Origin: Eledone cirrhosa
Lineage: Eukaryota
Length of the DNA stretch: 64,000 nucleotides
NCBI GenBank assembly: GCA_964016885.1
Contig: OZ024753.1
Coordinates: 33,170,001-33,234,000 of the forward strand
Reading direction: 5' to 3'
Both the position numbers and the translations under genes were made by a program. Numbering within the stretch: position 1 is the first letter of the stretch; each line of letters starts with the position of its first letter. Below the pieces are notes generated by a model, which worked only from the letters and a program-made list of their open reading frames with translations, was not told the DNA's origin and searched no databases. Below are positions 13,895 through 28,146 of the stretch, piece by piece.

Positions 13895-14388
13895 TGTGTG
13901 CATATATATGTTTCTACGTGCATGTGTGAGTGTGTGAAGAACAGAAGAAATCTACTGTTCCTTTAATGGCAACAGACATAAATAGTTCAATTTGTTTTAC
14001 AAATAAATATATTAAATGTTTACATTTAAAAAGATGGCTTTTGGCCAAGTTATTATTTATTTTCAATTTTAGCTGGAACGAATAAAGAACTGCTTTTGCT
14101 TTTTTCTTTAATAATAGTTAACATTTAGTTAACATTTTGCTGCTTTTTTCTGTAAAAGTAGCTAAACTGCAATATATGTAACACATCACTCTCTGATCTT
14201 ATGTGTCTTAATATTTGGTTTTTGAAAGAATGAAACACAGGTGCAACTGATGTAATCAAAATATATTTAAATATCGATTGAATAAACAGTTTCCTAATAT
14301 AAAAGGCTTCAAAATTATTTGAATAACACAAGTAAATCATATATATTGTTCATTCATGATTTAAAATAGATTTTATGTCAAAAGTACA

Positions 14389-14427
<39 letters not shown>

Positions 14428-15872
14428 AGCGTGTGTATTAATTCTCCATACTATTTTAGTATAATAAAGAAATCTTTTCTAAAAGTTACACTGATAAATT
14501 GCCAATTTATGACCATATTTTTATAGAAATACACAGTGTAAAGGTTTAGTTAACAACAGTATATAACTGGCTTAAGATAGAAATGCCACATACTTCGCAT
14601 CTCATATGGTTGCTAAATGAAGGGCATCCAGTCATAAAACATTGCCTCAAAAAATGTCAAGAGGCCCACATGGCTAGCTCTTGCTTTTGGAGATCAGACA
14701 TTTATTGTATAAATGCCATATATACTCATGCATAAATCTACTTAATGCAACACCTAATTGCTAAAATACTCTTTCTTTTTTTTTTAAATTGAGGTCATAT
14801 ATAGTACAACCTTAACTTTTGAGCAATACAAGCAGACCCGTCATAATGAATTATTTCAGTACTGGGTAAAATCTTAGACATATTTTTTAAACAAATTAGT
14901 ACTGGTAGTTAACTAAATTATCTGGCAAAAAAAAAAGAGAAAAATATTTCACAGTAAATCAACAGTACTATGAAAATGTACCAGGTAGATTATGGTCACC
15001 GAATATGCAAGAATATTAACCTCTCCAAACAAATACCAATGTAAAGAGCAACCCCGTTTTTTGGTATATATACTCAAGTATATATGGCAGCTATCATTGT
15101 AGAAAGTAGGATCAATCTATTTTATTCTTACAAAGAGATGGAAAGAGACGAAATTACAGTTAATAAAAGATTATATATACTTTGTTTTATGTATTGACCA
15201 CTCTTTCTCTCCCCTCTCCCATTCTATATTAACAAACAGGCCTAAATTTGGAAATACTATGTCCCACGATAACTGCAACACAACCAAAAAAAGGAACATG
15301 GTTCAATCAGCAATCTCTACACTGCATATGCACTGGGAGGGACACTCATCACTTACTACTATTATTACCACCACAAATAGTTCTATACTACTTCAACCAT
15401 GACAAAACAGATTTTATTTCTTTTTTACATTTATATTACAATCGTTAAAGTAAAGAACTGGCTTTTAACTGTCAACAATTGACAAGAACATAGATCACAA
15501 ACTACAGAAGCAAGTGGGCATCTTTTTCTAGTGAAACCTAAGCTGAAAAAAAAAAAAGAAACTAAACAATTGGTTATATATTAGTTAATAACTGAACATT
15601 ACTCTCAACAAATGGCCTAAATATTTTGACATTTATTTCAGTATAAAGAATGGTAAAGTTTAAAGGAATATCTAATGTCTGTATACCAATATCCTTAGTC
15701 TCAACTAAGACTTAATGTTGGAATATGTATTTTTTGTTGTGAAGATTGTATTGTGCTCACATGCTTACTTTCGACGTAAGTACCTAATGGAATCTATGAC
15801 AGGCTTTACAATTTGACATTTGCAAAGAAGTTATTCTGCAAGAATATAACAGATTATTCCGTGCAATGTCAC

Positions 15873-15910
<38 letters not shown>

Positions 15911-16155
15911 ATCGTTTATCTATTGGTCTTTATTAGTTTTAAGTTATATATTGTCAAACCACACACAGGCAAGCACACACATTTATATACAGGCATGTTA
16001 ATAAATTCACTTTGCAGCCATATTGCTCCTTATTCAATTTCACAGTATGGCAGCTTGGACAAGCGGGGGGGGGGGGGGGGTTATGTATGTTTCAACATAG
16101 AATATGAAATGAACAAATATATAAAAATATAAAAATATAGTTCAATATAAAAGCA

Positions 16156-16245
16156 ATAATTGTTTCTACTTTTGGCACAAGGCCAGCAATTATTCCAGTA
16201 CATTACTGGTACTTTATTTTATCGACCCCGTAAGGATGAAAAGCA
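16156..16245 (-). mobile_element. 5'-truncated family A SINE
   Basis: Tail plus core up to aaggatgaaaagc. Confidence 0.8.
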
Positions 16246-17669
16246 ATAATGATGAACAGATTGTAAGTATGTATATATATATATTTATACATATATATAT
16301 ATATATATACAGCGTCCGTCTTCCCCATTAGGTGGTTATTACAGTCTGGTTGTGTTGGCTGAGTTTGGGAGAATGTGTGGACCGTGTTTGATTTGCAGGA
16401 GACATGAGTACAGGTTGGCATTCAGTTAAGGGTATTTTCGGAGGTTTAGTAGACTGATTGGAGCAATATTGATTTTATATACATATATAAAGAGTGGTGT
16501 GCTCATGTGTGGAGATGCTACAAAATTGCTTATAAAATAGGGCGTAGACCTTTAAAGACGAAAAAAGAATTTACTATCGGCTGCTACAAGGAATCAAACC
16601 TTGTATCTTCCTGATATCGGCTAAGTATATATATATATAAATATATATATACACACACACACACATATATACATATAGTTCAGCAAAACAACAACAACAA
16701 ATTACATGGACAGCTTTAAAAGTCATTAGCAGAAGTATTAAATATTATCACCTGATCAATATTTAACCAGTGAAGTGTATAGTGATTATTAAAATGTTTG
16801 TGTCTGATTTTATTGAACCTAAGATGGATGACAGCATTTCTGAATAGATAATTTATTGGGGATTGATCAGTAAAAGAAATATAGCAACAAAGAATACTAA
16901 TATATCGTTTTCATTCTTGAACTAATTAAAGTATAAACAAAAATTTCATTTTAAAGTTGACAACAAAGATCTATGAATATTTAAAAGCTTTTGATGAGAT
17001 AACTGTCAGCAAGCTACTAATATATCTATCAGATCCACCAACAACTGCTGATAGAGCTATGGTGAATTGCCATTTCTCTTACAGCAAATGATCTGATTAG
17101 ATAAACTGAAAATTTCCACTAAGTTCAACTGAAAGAAACATCATCATCACTCTGATCATACACAACATTTCATTATAGTTGAATTTCCTTCTTAAAACCA
17201 ATCATCTTACAGAGTGAACTAGGTGCATTTTATCATGTCATCATTACTAAGAGTGGTTGTTATATTCTCAACAAGACTAAAGAGTCCTTTTCCCTATATT
17301 GTCTCTGTTTGAACCCCTCCCTCTCACCCTTTCCTTCATTGCTTCATCAACATATTAGCTTGTGAATAGTTGTCAGAAATGCTTATCTATCTATGTCTGT
17401 ATTGCTATCCTCACACACTTTACATCCATGATGTAAATTTATATCTAGTGGTCTAAAAAGGTTCCTTAAAGAGTTTTCACAAATAACATCTGAAAAACGA
17501 TAAACATCACTGTTCTAAACTACTAACCTAAAACATTCAATTCCCACTGACCTATATTTAAGAACTACAGGGAAGGTTTTACTGACTATTAAAATACATA
17601 CCACCTCTTAGTCATCTTGACAGTCTTGGTTATTTGTAGTATTTTAAACATGTTTAATTGATATTACAT

Positions 17670-18320
17670 ATCAACCATTACATCAATAAGAGAATGACAG
17701 CAATCAGATGTTATTGTGTTATTCCACACTGAGGTGTCGGCTTTAGTTCTGCTTGAGGTCAAAATTGGTATCACATTTCACCACAATTGCAATCAAAGGA
17801 TGCCCCTCTTCAGATCAGACCAAGGTAATCATGTCTCCATAGGTCTTCCTATTGCTGATTGATCACAACTAAGAAGTCATTGTGAAATATAAGATATCAG
17901 GGAAATTCCACTTTGTGATTTTGGCTACAATTATGGTCGAGGTCAAAATTACTATAGAATTTGAAATACATTTACTTTGCATTTCAAATCGACTACGTCT
18001 TCAATAAGAGAAAAGTGAGAGTAATCAATGTAATAATAAAATGTATGACAGTATAGAATTTTCAGTTGAATTTAGTCCTGTTTGAGGTCAAAATTGTATT
18101 AGAATTTTAAACACATTTGCTTTATAGCTTTATATTACACACTAACCCCCCACCTTTATTAAAAGTAAAGTGCAAATAATCAGATGTTATGAAATGTTTG
18201 ACAACAAAGAAATGTCACTAGTGTTGAGTTTAATCATGTTTCAGATCAAAATTATATTAGAATTTCATACAATACTACTTTATATTACATACCTGACACA
18301 CCTTCATTAAAAGAAGAGTT
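17670..18320. repeat. Ancient degenerate tandem repeat, about 4 units of 145-185 bp
   Basis: GAGGTCAAAATT-like motif at ~17755, 17939, 18084, 18243, mostly followed by tagaattt..acattt.cttt. aatcagatgttat and caataagagaa also recur. Confidence 0.7.
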
Positions 18321-20249
18321 ATTTATGGCTTACATTTTCTTTTGGGGGTTATTTTTGCAACAGTTTCTTTTATATCATCTTTCCATCAATTGCAGAATAT
18401 ATAAAATAAATATTTCTAGTCCTGCATGACTTTGGCAACTAATATCAAAGTAATAATTTGACGTCTCCAGCTTTTCTTTATGTCCAGCAATTGTTGCTGA
18501 TAATGTTGTTGCAGGTAGTTTTATTGAATTATAAAATCATCTATAATATTGGGATATATCAAGACTTGAGACTTCTTCCACAGTTGTAAGCATTTTAAGA
18601 AGCTCCAATAATGTCAAATCAGAAATAAATATTCCTATCTGCCTCATTGCAACTTTTCATTTTAATATTTCAAAATTCTTACGTTGGCAGTTTAATTTTT
18701 TTCTTTCCTAACAAATACAAACTTCCGTCTTAATAATATTGCCATCATACGAAATAGCTTAAAGCTGGCTAGCTATATTCTGTTCGTTTGACAAGCTTTG
18801 TATTAAAAGTGTTTTATTCAATTTTAATACAAAGTAACTTTTTAAAAAATAACAATCCTCTGCATAATATCTATATTATTATAATGGAACTTGTGTAAGT
18901 ATATCTATATGTGTAACAGCCAACCTTACTTCTCATTACTTATTGCACACCAACCCCCTTCTTTGAAGAATTAAGATATTAATAACTCATACAACACAAT
19001 CACTTAGAACAAGTACAAGATATCTCTTGTGGACTGGCATTTTATTTTATTGACACAGAGAATGAAAGGCAAATCTACTCTCAACAGGATTTAAACTAAA
19101 AGTGCAGAAGGTTGGAACAAATAATATAAAGTATTTCTCCCACATTCTAATATCTCTCCAAATTCACCTTACTTTGTGACCACTCATTCAACACTAAGAA
19201 TTCTGCCAATCTGCAGTCGAGTTGATGTCTTCATTTATTCACCCTGAAAGGATGAAAGGCAAAGCTGACCATGAGACTCAAACATGTAAAGAATATTTTG
19301 ATTCAATATTCTAATGACTATTACAACTTGATTTCCTCAACAATATAAGAACTGTTTCTATAAAAGTAAGCAGAAAAAGTATTACTTATTGGCAGCAGTT
19401 ATGTCTGCAAATATAAGAGCTGTGTTAGATTTTTTAACCTACAAAACAACTGACATTGCTAGGGAAAATTGATTTTTTTAAATACATTTCTAATGTTTAA
19501 TATTTGTTTTTATTTCTATACTTTTAATGGTAAGCAAGATAGAAGAATGTTCCATTTCCTCAATGGAGCTTTTCTGGTATTTTTGTGAAATTTTGGATTT
19601 AAGCATAAATACACAAAGATATATGTGTGTGAGAGAGGGAGAGAGATGCTTATATACATAGATATATGCATATATATGAGAATTTCATATACGTACATAT
19701 ACCCACTCAAAATACTAATATGCAAGAAGACAAAGCCAACAAAGATGAAGCTGAAAAAGACAAAGACACAGAATAATTATAATTCTCAACAACAATGCTT
19801 TATTATCTATATTTCCATGGTGATATGATGAGGAGACTATATACACATTTACAAAGATATATTGTAACAGTTCATAATACAAAGCCTATAAAGGAAAATT
19901 AGATTGTAAAAACATTAGTTGATATCAGTACCATTGTATACATAATTCCATAAAAATTAGAAGATTAGTGATGGAAGCTTTATTAATAGCAAGATACAAA
20001 CCAAAAATCAACATACATGCAAAATAGATTTTGCAATATTGATGTTCTAATCTAAGCATAAAGGAGAAATGAGGAAACAAATTTGTAATAGGAAAGATGA
20101 TTCTACAGTGAGCAGAGTCATGACTTCGATATGTACTTAAACATTCACATATATTTATACACACACTAAGATATACATATACACACACAGACACACACAC
20201 CCATAACTATATATATATAAACACACACACATATCTATATATATATATA

Positions 20250-20399
20250 CCATATTTCCCAGTGCCAAAGACGCTTTGGCCTCGAGGACGCACCCTAATT
20301 TTGACAACCAACATTTGAAAAAAAATAAACAATCTTCGGCCTCCAGGACACACATTATTTTAGAAAAAAAGGTAGCACCTTCAATGCTAGGAAATATGG
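20250..20399. mobile_element. ~150-bp MITE, Tc1/mariner superfamily (Tc2/Kanga-type TIR)
   Basis: TIRs CCATATTTCCCAG / CTAGGAAATATGG, left flank TA and right flank TG. Internal repeat ggcctc(g/c)aggac(g/a)cac x2. CC(G/A)TATTT..AAGACGC terminus is typical of TcMar-Tc2 elements. Confidence 0.75.
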
Positions 20400-20423
20400 T
20401 GTACACACATGTATATATATTAT

Positions 20424-20609
20424 GTGGATTGGCAGTATCGGTAGAGGGTCGGACGCCATGCTTTCCAGCATAGTTACGTCCCTTTACGATATGACTTCAA
20501 ATCCCGCCGAGGTTGACTTTGCCTTTCATCCTTATGGGGGTCGATAAAATAAAGTACCTGTAATGCACTGGGTAATTGCTGGCCTTGTGCCTAAAGTAGA
20601 AGCAATTAT
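20424..20609 (+). mobile_element. SINE family A, full length
   Basis: gtggattggcagtatcgg..ttcaaatcccgccgagg..gtagaagcaattat, within TA-rich flanks. Confidence 0.88.
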
Positions 20610-20835
20610 ATATATACACACACAAATATAAATATATATATACACACACACATACATATCCACACAGCCATATATATATATAAATATATAATCATCAATG
20701 ATAATAAATGCTAATAAATGGTGTGTGTGTCTCTGCATGGCATTCTGGCATTGAGAAATATAGGTATAGTATTTAAGTAGTAAAGTAAATAAACTGTGAA
20801 ATCTAATGTTTTTGCAAGTCCATAACATCTCATCA

Positions 20836-20938
20836 GCAGAGGTTAACTTTGCCTTTCATCCTTACGGGGTCGATAAAATAAAGTACCAGTAATGTACTGG
20901 GTAATTGCTGGCCTTGTGCCACAAGTAGAAACAATTAT
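20836..20938 (+). mobile_element. 5'-truncated family A SINE
   Basis: gaggttaactttgcctttcatcc..gtagaaacaattat. Confidence 0.82.
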
Positions 20939-21044
20939 CTCATCAACAAAGAAATTTAGTCTTAATTATAATTGATCTGCTATACAGCATGAAGTATCCA
21001 AAATATGATTAAAAATAAACTTTTATTTAAAAATCAATACAAAA

Positions 21045-21381
21045 GTAGGTAGGTAGGTAGGTAGGTAGGAGGGTGGGCGGTTGGATAGGTAGGTAGGTAG
21101 GGATGGAGGTAGGTAGGGATGGAGGTAGGCAGGTAGGGAGGCGGCTGGGTGGGCGGTGCGGGCGGGCAGGCAGGTAGGGAGGGAGGTAGGCAGGTAGGTA
21201 GGCGGTTGGATAGGGGGTAGGCAGGTGGGTAGGGGGGGTAGATAGGTGGGTAGGTGGGTGGGTCTAGGCGGATGGGTGGGTAGGCGGATGGGTGGATAGG
21301 CGGGTGGGTGGATAGGCGGGTGGGTGTGTAGGCGGGTGGGTGTGTAGGCGGATGGGTGGGTGGGTGGCTGTTTAGGTAGGT
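21045..21381 (+). repeat. G-rich degenerate tetranucleotide tract (GGTA/GGGT/GGCG)
   Basis: Direct reading. Strongly G-skewed with many GGG runs. Confidence 0.9.
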
Positions 21382-21564
21382 TTTGTGCTCACGCGCGCGC
21401 ATTATGTATGCGTATCATCATCATTTTACGTCCACTTTTCCCTGCTTGCAAGGGTGGGACGGGTCTTTTTCAGCATCTCGCCCTTTACTCTGTGAGCTTC
21501 AGCGGTCAGCTCTCACCAACTCCGTCCATGATTTTCGTGGTCTTACTCTACTGCATCTTCCTGC

Positions 21565-21596
<32 letters not shown>

Positions 21597-21896
21597 GTGT
21601 GCGTCCGCGTGTGTGAGAGCGCATGTGTGTCTGTGTGTATATATAAACACACACACACAACAGGCAGAAATAAGTCAAAATAAAAACAACTTGATTCGAT
21701 TGTTCCATAAAATCTCAATAGAAATTAGATGCTAAGATTATTGAATTCCAGAACAAACTCATACAATAATATTTTGGAAACAACAATAATTATACATTGT
21801 AATACATATGGCTAGGCTGGAAATAATTAGAACACTAACACTTTTACTTACATTACTAATTGTAATGTGTGTGTGTGTGTGTGTGTGTCTGTACAT

Positions 21897-22078
21897 ATAA
21901 TTGTTTCTACTTTTGGCACAAGGCCAGCAATTATTCTAGTGCATTACTTTATCAACCCCGTAAAGATGAAAGGCGAAGTTAACCTCAGCAGGATTTGAAC
22001 TCAGACCGTAAATGGCCATAACTCCCAGCTACAAAGCATGGTGTCCAACCCTCTACTGATACTGCCAATTCACCACCC
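21897..22078 (-). mobile_element. SINE family A (small core deletion)
   Basis: attgtttctacttttggcacaaggcc..gatactgccaattcaccaccc. Confidence 0.85.
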
Positions 22079-22336
22079 ATATGTATGGACGAGGTGCCAA
22101 GTTTTCATTAAGTTTATTCAGGTTTGACGTGTTTCGCATTTGATCAGCTCAAATTTTGATCCCCATCGAATATATATATTTATACATACACTGATACAGT
22201 ATCTGTCACCCCCCTGTCATTGAACACAAGATTTGATAATTCCCCTATTCCTGGTCATTTGCTGCTATGTAATGAAACTCTCCACAAGTCGGTTATCTGC
22301 CTAAACCTTTTCTCCTTGTATATATGCACATACATA

Positions 22337-22510
22337 TCATCATCATCATTTAACGTCCCTCTTCCACGCTAGCATGGGTTGGACGGTTTTGTCCCCCTTG
22401 AGAGGAGATTGGTCAGGAGATTGTGTGTCGTTCATACAGAACTGTCTCTGGCATGGATGCCCTTCTTAATACCAACCACATTTACAGTTTGGACTGGGAG
22501 CCTTTTTGCT
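22337..22510 (-). mobile_element. 3'-end fragment of the RTE family seen at 43844-45650
   Basis: catcatcatttaacgtcc..cttccacgctagcatgggttggacgg is the reverse complement of the LINE terminus at 45588-45650. A shorter copy lies at 39903-39958. Confidence 0.7.
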
Positions 22511-23377
22511 GTGTCTCTGTGTGTACATAAATATTATTCACTTAGAGAAAACGTAGCTACAAAGAGGAAATTTCATGTAAATTTATGAAAATGAATTGGG
22601 ATAACATGAGAATTATCTTTCCATGTTTGTTATTTTAACAATTATAATTATATGTAAGCTGAGGACCATTGTGATAAAGTACCCTCCAAACAATATATAG
22701 CTCAAGCAAGATGGTCATTAAGATTTCCTTGATATAATCATATGTCCTTAAGTATTCAATTCCATTTCAATAACAATGTAAATTTAATCAAATTTGGAAG
22801 AGATATGGATTTGAGAGCATTTTGTGCATATATTAGTGTTTTAAAAATGAGTTTTATATTTCTAAAAATTTGCTATTCATGAGAGATGTCATAAGGACAG
22901 AGCAGATAAATGGAAAAAATTAAAAAGAAATAATTGTTAGTTTTAAAAGTACAGTCTTGTGGGTCATGATCTATGAATAACTCTATTGTGTAGTGTCTAA
23001 CTGAATCTTCCAGCCTAAAGCTTCATTCTGATTTAATAAGTGGTCATTAATTATCTCCCCACATTAATTCATTTGGTAAGTTAATGAATTCATGGGCCCT
23101 TGGGTAAATCATTTCTCTATGTATAGCTACAGATGTTGGCAAAACTCTTAACTATATTACCTTTAACAATTAGATTTTTATTAACAAATAATTTATTATG
23201 CATATTTTCATTTGTTCATAATGTTTAATAAGGTTAATTAATTTAATTTCAAAAATCAAAAGATCTCAAAAGATTATGAAACAAAACAAAAATACACTTA
23301 GGAAACAGAATTGCGAATTCATCCTTTTTAATGTTTGGCGTTAGAGGTAAGATTGTGTTAAACCAAAGTATTGATTT

Positions 23378-23590
23378 ACAATTTAGACACAAGGTTAAAA
23401 AATTTGGGGGAAGAGCAAAGTTGATTAAAATCAACCACAGTGCTTGATTGATACTTTATTTTATTGACCACGAAAGGATGAAAGATAAAGTTGATCTCAG
23501 CTAGATTTGAATTCAGAATGCAAAGAGCCAGCTCTAATAACACAATGGCATTTTATCCAACGCTCTACCAATTCTTCTGTATAATCACCC
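23378..23590 (-). mobile_element. Older, longer family A SINE variant
   Basis: cacaagg..aatttggggg..gttgattaaaatc..tactttattttattgacc..aaggatgaaag..atttgaattcag. Confidence 0.65.
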
Positions 23591-23829
23591 TTTGTGCTAA
23601 CCCCAATATTAAAAGCCAATTTCAATTCCTGATCCAACTTTCATTTTAACCCCACTGCTAAAACAGCCTTCAGGGAAACATCTTCATTATCATCATTAAT
23701 ATTATTGTCTTTATGTGCACTTTTCCGCTGGAATGGATTTGATGGACATTTTTTAAGCACTAAAAATTGGAATAAAACTCACAAGAAACAGTTTTTGTTT
23801 CTTTAGCTATCTTATCTCAATGTCAGTGT

Positions 23830-24112
23830 CAAGAAGAAGACTGTCTGAACAGGATGGGACACAACTAGTCAGCAGCTCCAAGAAGCAAAAGCCATAGTGG
23901 AAGCTGTAGAAAAGAAAGTGAAAAAGGAATAGCATGTCCAAAGTGAAAAAGGAATAGCAACCAAAGGTTGAAGTGTTCTGATCAATGATTTCATGCCAGT
24001 CAGTTGTCTAACTTTCTGTAGATATGGTCTTGGAAGCCTGTGTAGCAGTGCTGCTGTCCCAGATATGGAAGCAGTACTCTTTTGCAGGTCTCATTGAGCT
24101 TTTGATATGCCA
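23830..24112 (-). pseudogene. Highly decayed CR1/Jockey-group LINE ORF2 C-terminal fragment
   Basis: Minus strand SMRPAKEYCFHIWDSSTAT..QLTGMKSLIRTLQPL resembles the post-RT VRPxMEYCSHIW..LQPL motif. Confidence 0.55.
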
Positions 24113-24880
24113 AGCTTATGTAAAAAAAAAGATTAATTAAATTTATCTCTGAATATCTATCTCTACCAAGTTATAAATAACCACAACGAGAGTAGGTACA
24201 TTTCATTACTATAACTGAGCTAATGAATTACGTTGTATATTTAATGAATTGTGGAGAACTTTCAGGAACAAGAGAAAGCAGCAACAATACCAAATAAGTT
24301 AATGAACTAGTCAATCACTTGTTGAAAACCATATGTAGCATTATATCCTTCTTTCATAGTCCCATATCTTGTAGATTCTGCAAATTTTAACAATAATCTG
24401 CTAATAACATATATGTTTCAGACAAGCCTTCAGCAAATCTTTGCTACATCAACATGACCATATATATAATGCCTCATTAAAAATGCACACAAATTCTAAT
24501 ATCTAATAAACATGTTAAGAGAATAGAAAAGAAACTAAATTTGAAGAGATAATTTAAAATAACGAAAATATAACATGAAACATTAACAATATCAGTATAA
24601 TTAAGAATCTGAGTAGAACATACATTTGTAGCAAGACAAATTTACTTAGCAATTTCACATTGTTCATTTATTGCCAAAAGACACATTAAAAATTAAAGAT
24701 ATTGTACTATACAAGAATTCCCATGGCATATGTGTGTGAAAAAATCTATTGAACTATTGTTTAAATAGTGAAATTATGCTTCAAAACTTAACAAAAGCAA
24801 ACATTTAACCTCTAGGTATTACTGAAATGGAACAAAATATACACGACAAAGTAAATATGGACATATGTGCACACATACAA

Positions 24881-24914
<34 letters not shown>

Positions 24915-26704
24915 AGAGATATGTTAACACAAGCTTATCTTTCACACACAACATTGTTTAAACTTTATTTCTTTTGCATAGCTAAAAGGTAGAAGCAGAA
25001 AAAAAATATTTAATAAATCATTGGATCATTTTGACAGCAAATTTTGCAGCATTGACTTATTTCGAAGTTTTGTTGCTTTACTTTCTTCATTCCACCATCC
25101 TACATTTCATACACACAGACTTGCACATTCATATATATACATATAAATTCATACAGGCTTACACACACACATACATATGCGTGTGTGAGTATATATATAT
25201 AAATATATGTGTGTATGTATGTATATGTGTGTGTATATATATATATATATATACATGTATGTGTGTGTATATATACACATGTATGCGTGTGTATATATAT
25301 ATATATAAATGTATGCATGTGTGTATATATATATATATATAAATGTATGCGCGTGTGTATATATATATATATATATATAAATGTATGCGTGTGTGTGTGT
25401 ATATATATATGTTCGTTCAATGTTAGTTTTTTCTTTACAATTTTAATTCCTTTAGGCCAAACGTTTTTAAAATCCACCATTCTTTAGAGTTGAACGCTTT
25501 TTTAGAAATATTTTTCTAGTTAGATGGCGTATCTCATGTGAACTCGTTGTTGGTAATTTGTTTATGGGAAGGGCACATTTTTTTCTATTTTTTTTCTATC
25601 TCTTTACAAGTACTTACAGGTGTTCATTAATCCATAAACGTCAATTTTCTGAGAAAAGATATGAAATAAAACCTACAAATTTATTGACGTAATCAAGACA
25701 GACTGTCTATTTTCTACACTACATTCTATGTTGTTTTTTTAATTTATTTTTACATTGATTTAAAATAAATTTCTTGAGACTTATGAAATAACTTGTGATG
25801 TAAAGTAAAAGCAGTTCAGGAAACTGTGTTAAGAATTCATTTTTATTTTTATTTATATATAATTTTTGGGGGTTATTAAATATGTACAAAATAAAACATA
25901 AATAATGCATTAATTAAATCCTAATAATTTCCATCTTATCTTGTTTAGTACAGAAGAAAATTTTCAAAGCGATTTTCTTTAAAGATTTTTATGTCATTTT
26001 TTTAACTCCAAGCAAAAGATGTTTAAGGACGGGTCTTACAAATTTGAATATTTTACCATAAATTATTGTAGTATTTTTTTTTTCAGTGAGATTACTTTGT
26101 TGATGCCAACCACTTTATATTGGCAGTAAGGAATCAGTTTCTGCTGGCTATAATAGAACAGCTTAATGAATATCTTGCCTAAGGATATCAAATATCACAC
26201 ACAATTTTTAAAGCTGTCATATCCTTATATTGCATATAATCCACCATCTCATAAAATTCCATGTAGAAAAATTATAGTTACATCTTTCAATATATATATA
26301 TATATATATATACAGATTCTGCACTTAAATTTATAAATGATAGACAGATATATAGAAAGACATAATCAGACAGACCGATATTAAGAGAGATTGAAGTATG
26401 TATATACAGTTAGACAGATTGAAGGTTTTATGATGTAGGAATATGGACACAATTCAGCAGATGCAGAGATAGAGAGAGATAATATAGATTATTTTCCATG
26501 TCATATTACTTTATCTTCATTTGTAATACCTTATTTTATACAACGTCTTTCTACATTATTTCATCTATTGCTAGATGATATATTTGCCTGATAAAATTCT
26601 GATTTACATCACTTGAGACATACTGTATTGTCTTTAAAAGTCATTTATGTTATTAACAAACAGTAATTAGCATTTGACAGCACTTAGCATTCACTTCCAA
26701 TATA

Positions 26705-27190
26705 TAAAGAAACATTATTGCAATATTGGGCTTACCATTTTCTGGGATTTATAGATACATTATTTCAAAGAGATAAAAACGATTTAAAGAAATGTTATTT
26801 CACAACAGTATATGGCATTATATGTTGTTGCTACTAAATTATGTAATTTCCTATTCACATATTTTTAAAGAAACATTATTTCAATACTGGACATAGCATT
26901 ATCTAGTGTTCCTGGATTAAAGGGATTTAGGGAAACATTATTTCAATACCCAACATACAGTTAGCCATGATTTAAAGAATCATTATTTCAAAACAGTATG
27001 TGCCATTACCCAGTCTCGTTTTAGTAGTAAAATGAAAGGATTTTAAGAAACCTTATTTCGGAAATGGACATAGTGTGATCTAAAGTTCCTTTGAAAGTAG
27101 ACTGGAATGATTTGGAGAAACATTATTGCAATATTGAATGTACCATTATCCAAGATTTGAAGAAAGATTATCTCAAAAACATAGTGATGA
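26705..27190. repeat. Degenerate minisatellite (about 9 units, 35-80 bp)
   Basis: Recurrent (gattt)aaagaaacattatt(t/g)caata..cattat motif at ~26706, 26753, 26787, 26867, 26930, 26973, 27045, 27115, 27160. Confidence 0.7.
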
Positions 27191-28146
27191 GGTAGAGCGA
27201 ACACATTGATGTTTGGCTGTAGCATCCTTAGGTATGGGAAAGCACACTGGTTCTCACCTGACTCTCACTTTTGGCTCTGGAACATTTTTCAGCCTTACCC
27301 AAAGAACAGTTTGTGGTGGCAGGCTGAATTTAATGAGGGACTAGAGTGTCATTCATTAGAAATATGAATTCTGTTTAACACCACCACCTGGCAGTTGGAT
27401 ACCTATAGCAGAGTATATTCTGTTACAAGCATTCAGGTTAGGTTTCTGGATTAAAATTATTTTCCCTCGTCTTACCCTTTTACAAGTTGTAGAGGCCCTG
27501 AAAACGTCATTCCTTTTAATTAAGCAATAGAAAAAACTTTCCAAATACAAGAGCAATGTTTATGCTGTATAATAGTTTTCACTGACCACACAGCAATGGT
27601 GTTGGATAAATATAACAGTAAACTGAATTAATCATGTATAAATCAATCATGTACTAACTCTTTCAATTTTCTTTCATTACCTGACTCCTTAGCTCCACAA
27701 TCCCTAAAAGGGTCCTTTGATATGGGATATAAGAGTTAGATAATAGTTTATTTCTCAAAGAAATTGCAAACGCTCTGCAAATTGTAGTTATGTGAATTGA
27801 ATAGGTTTCTTTTATACTCAAATTCTTCTACAATTAAATGCTTCAAATTTCTTTATAAAGCTACCCTTCTATTAAGACCTTTTTTTTTTTAAATTCAGGC
27901 AATGAGATGAAATATTCTATAGTTAATATTAGATAAACAGAAAACTAAGCTATTGATTTTGAAGCTGCTGAAACAGTAATTGAATTTCTGTGTTCAAATA
28001 CCTTCAGAGTATTTTATACATTCCAGAAAATAGAATATAAAAAAAAAATTCTATTTTCTACAGAGTAATACAAACTGATGCAGCAAGGTTCTGAAAGTAG
28101 GATTTTGAGTATTTTCCACATTCATCAGGTGTGAGTGCAGCAATGA

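Noticed and set aside
27475-27497. Possible minus-strand micro-exon (ttttcag|GGCCTCTACAACTTGTAAAAGG|gtaaga)
   Set aside because: 22 nt, no supporting neighbouring exons, and expected by chance in 64 kb.
28100-28140. CTGATGA on the minus strand as a hammerhead
   Set aside because: No correctly placed GAAA or closing stems.
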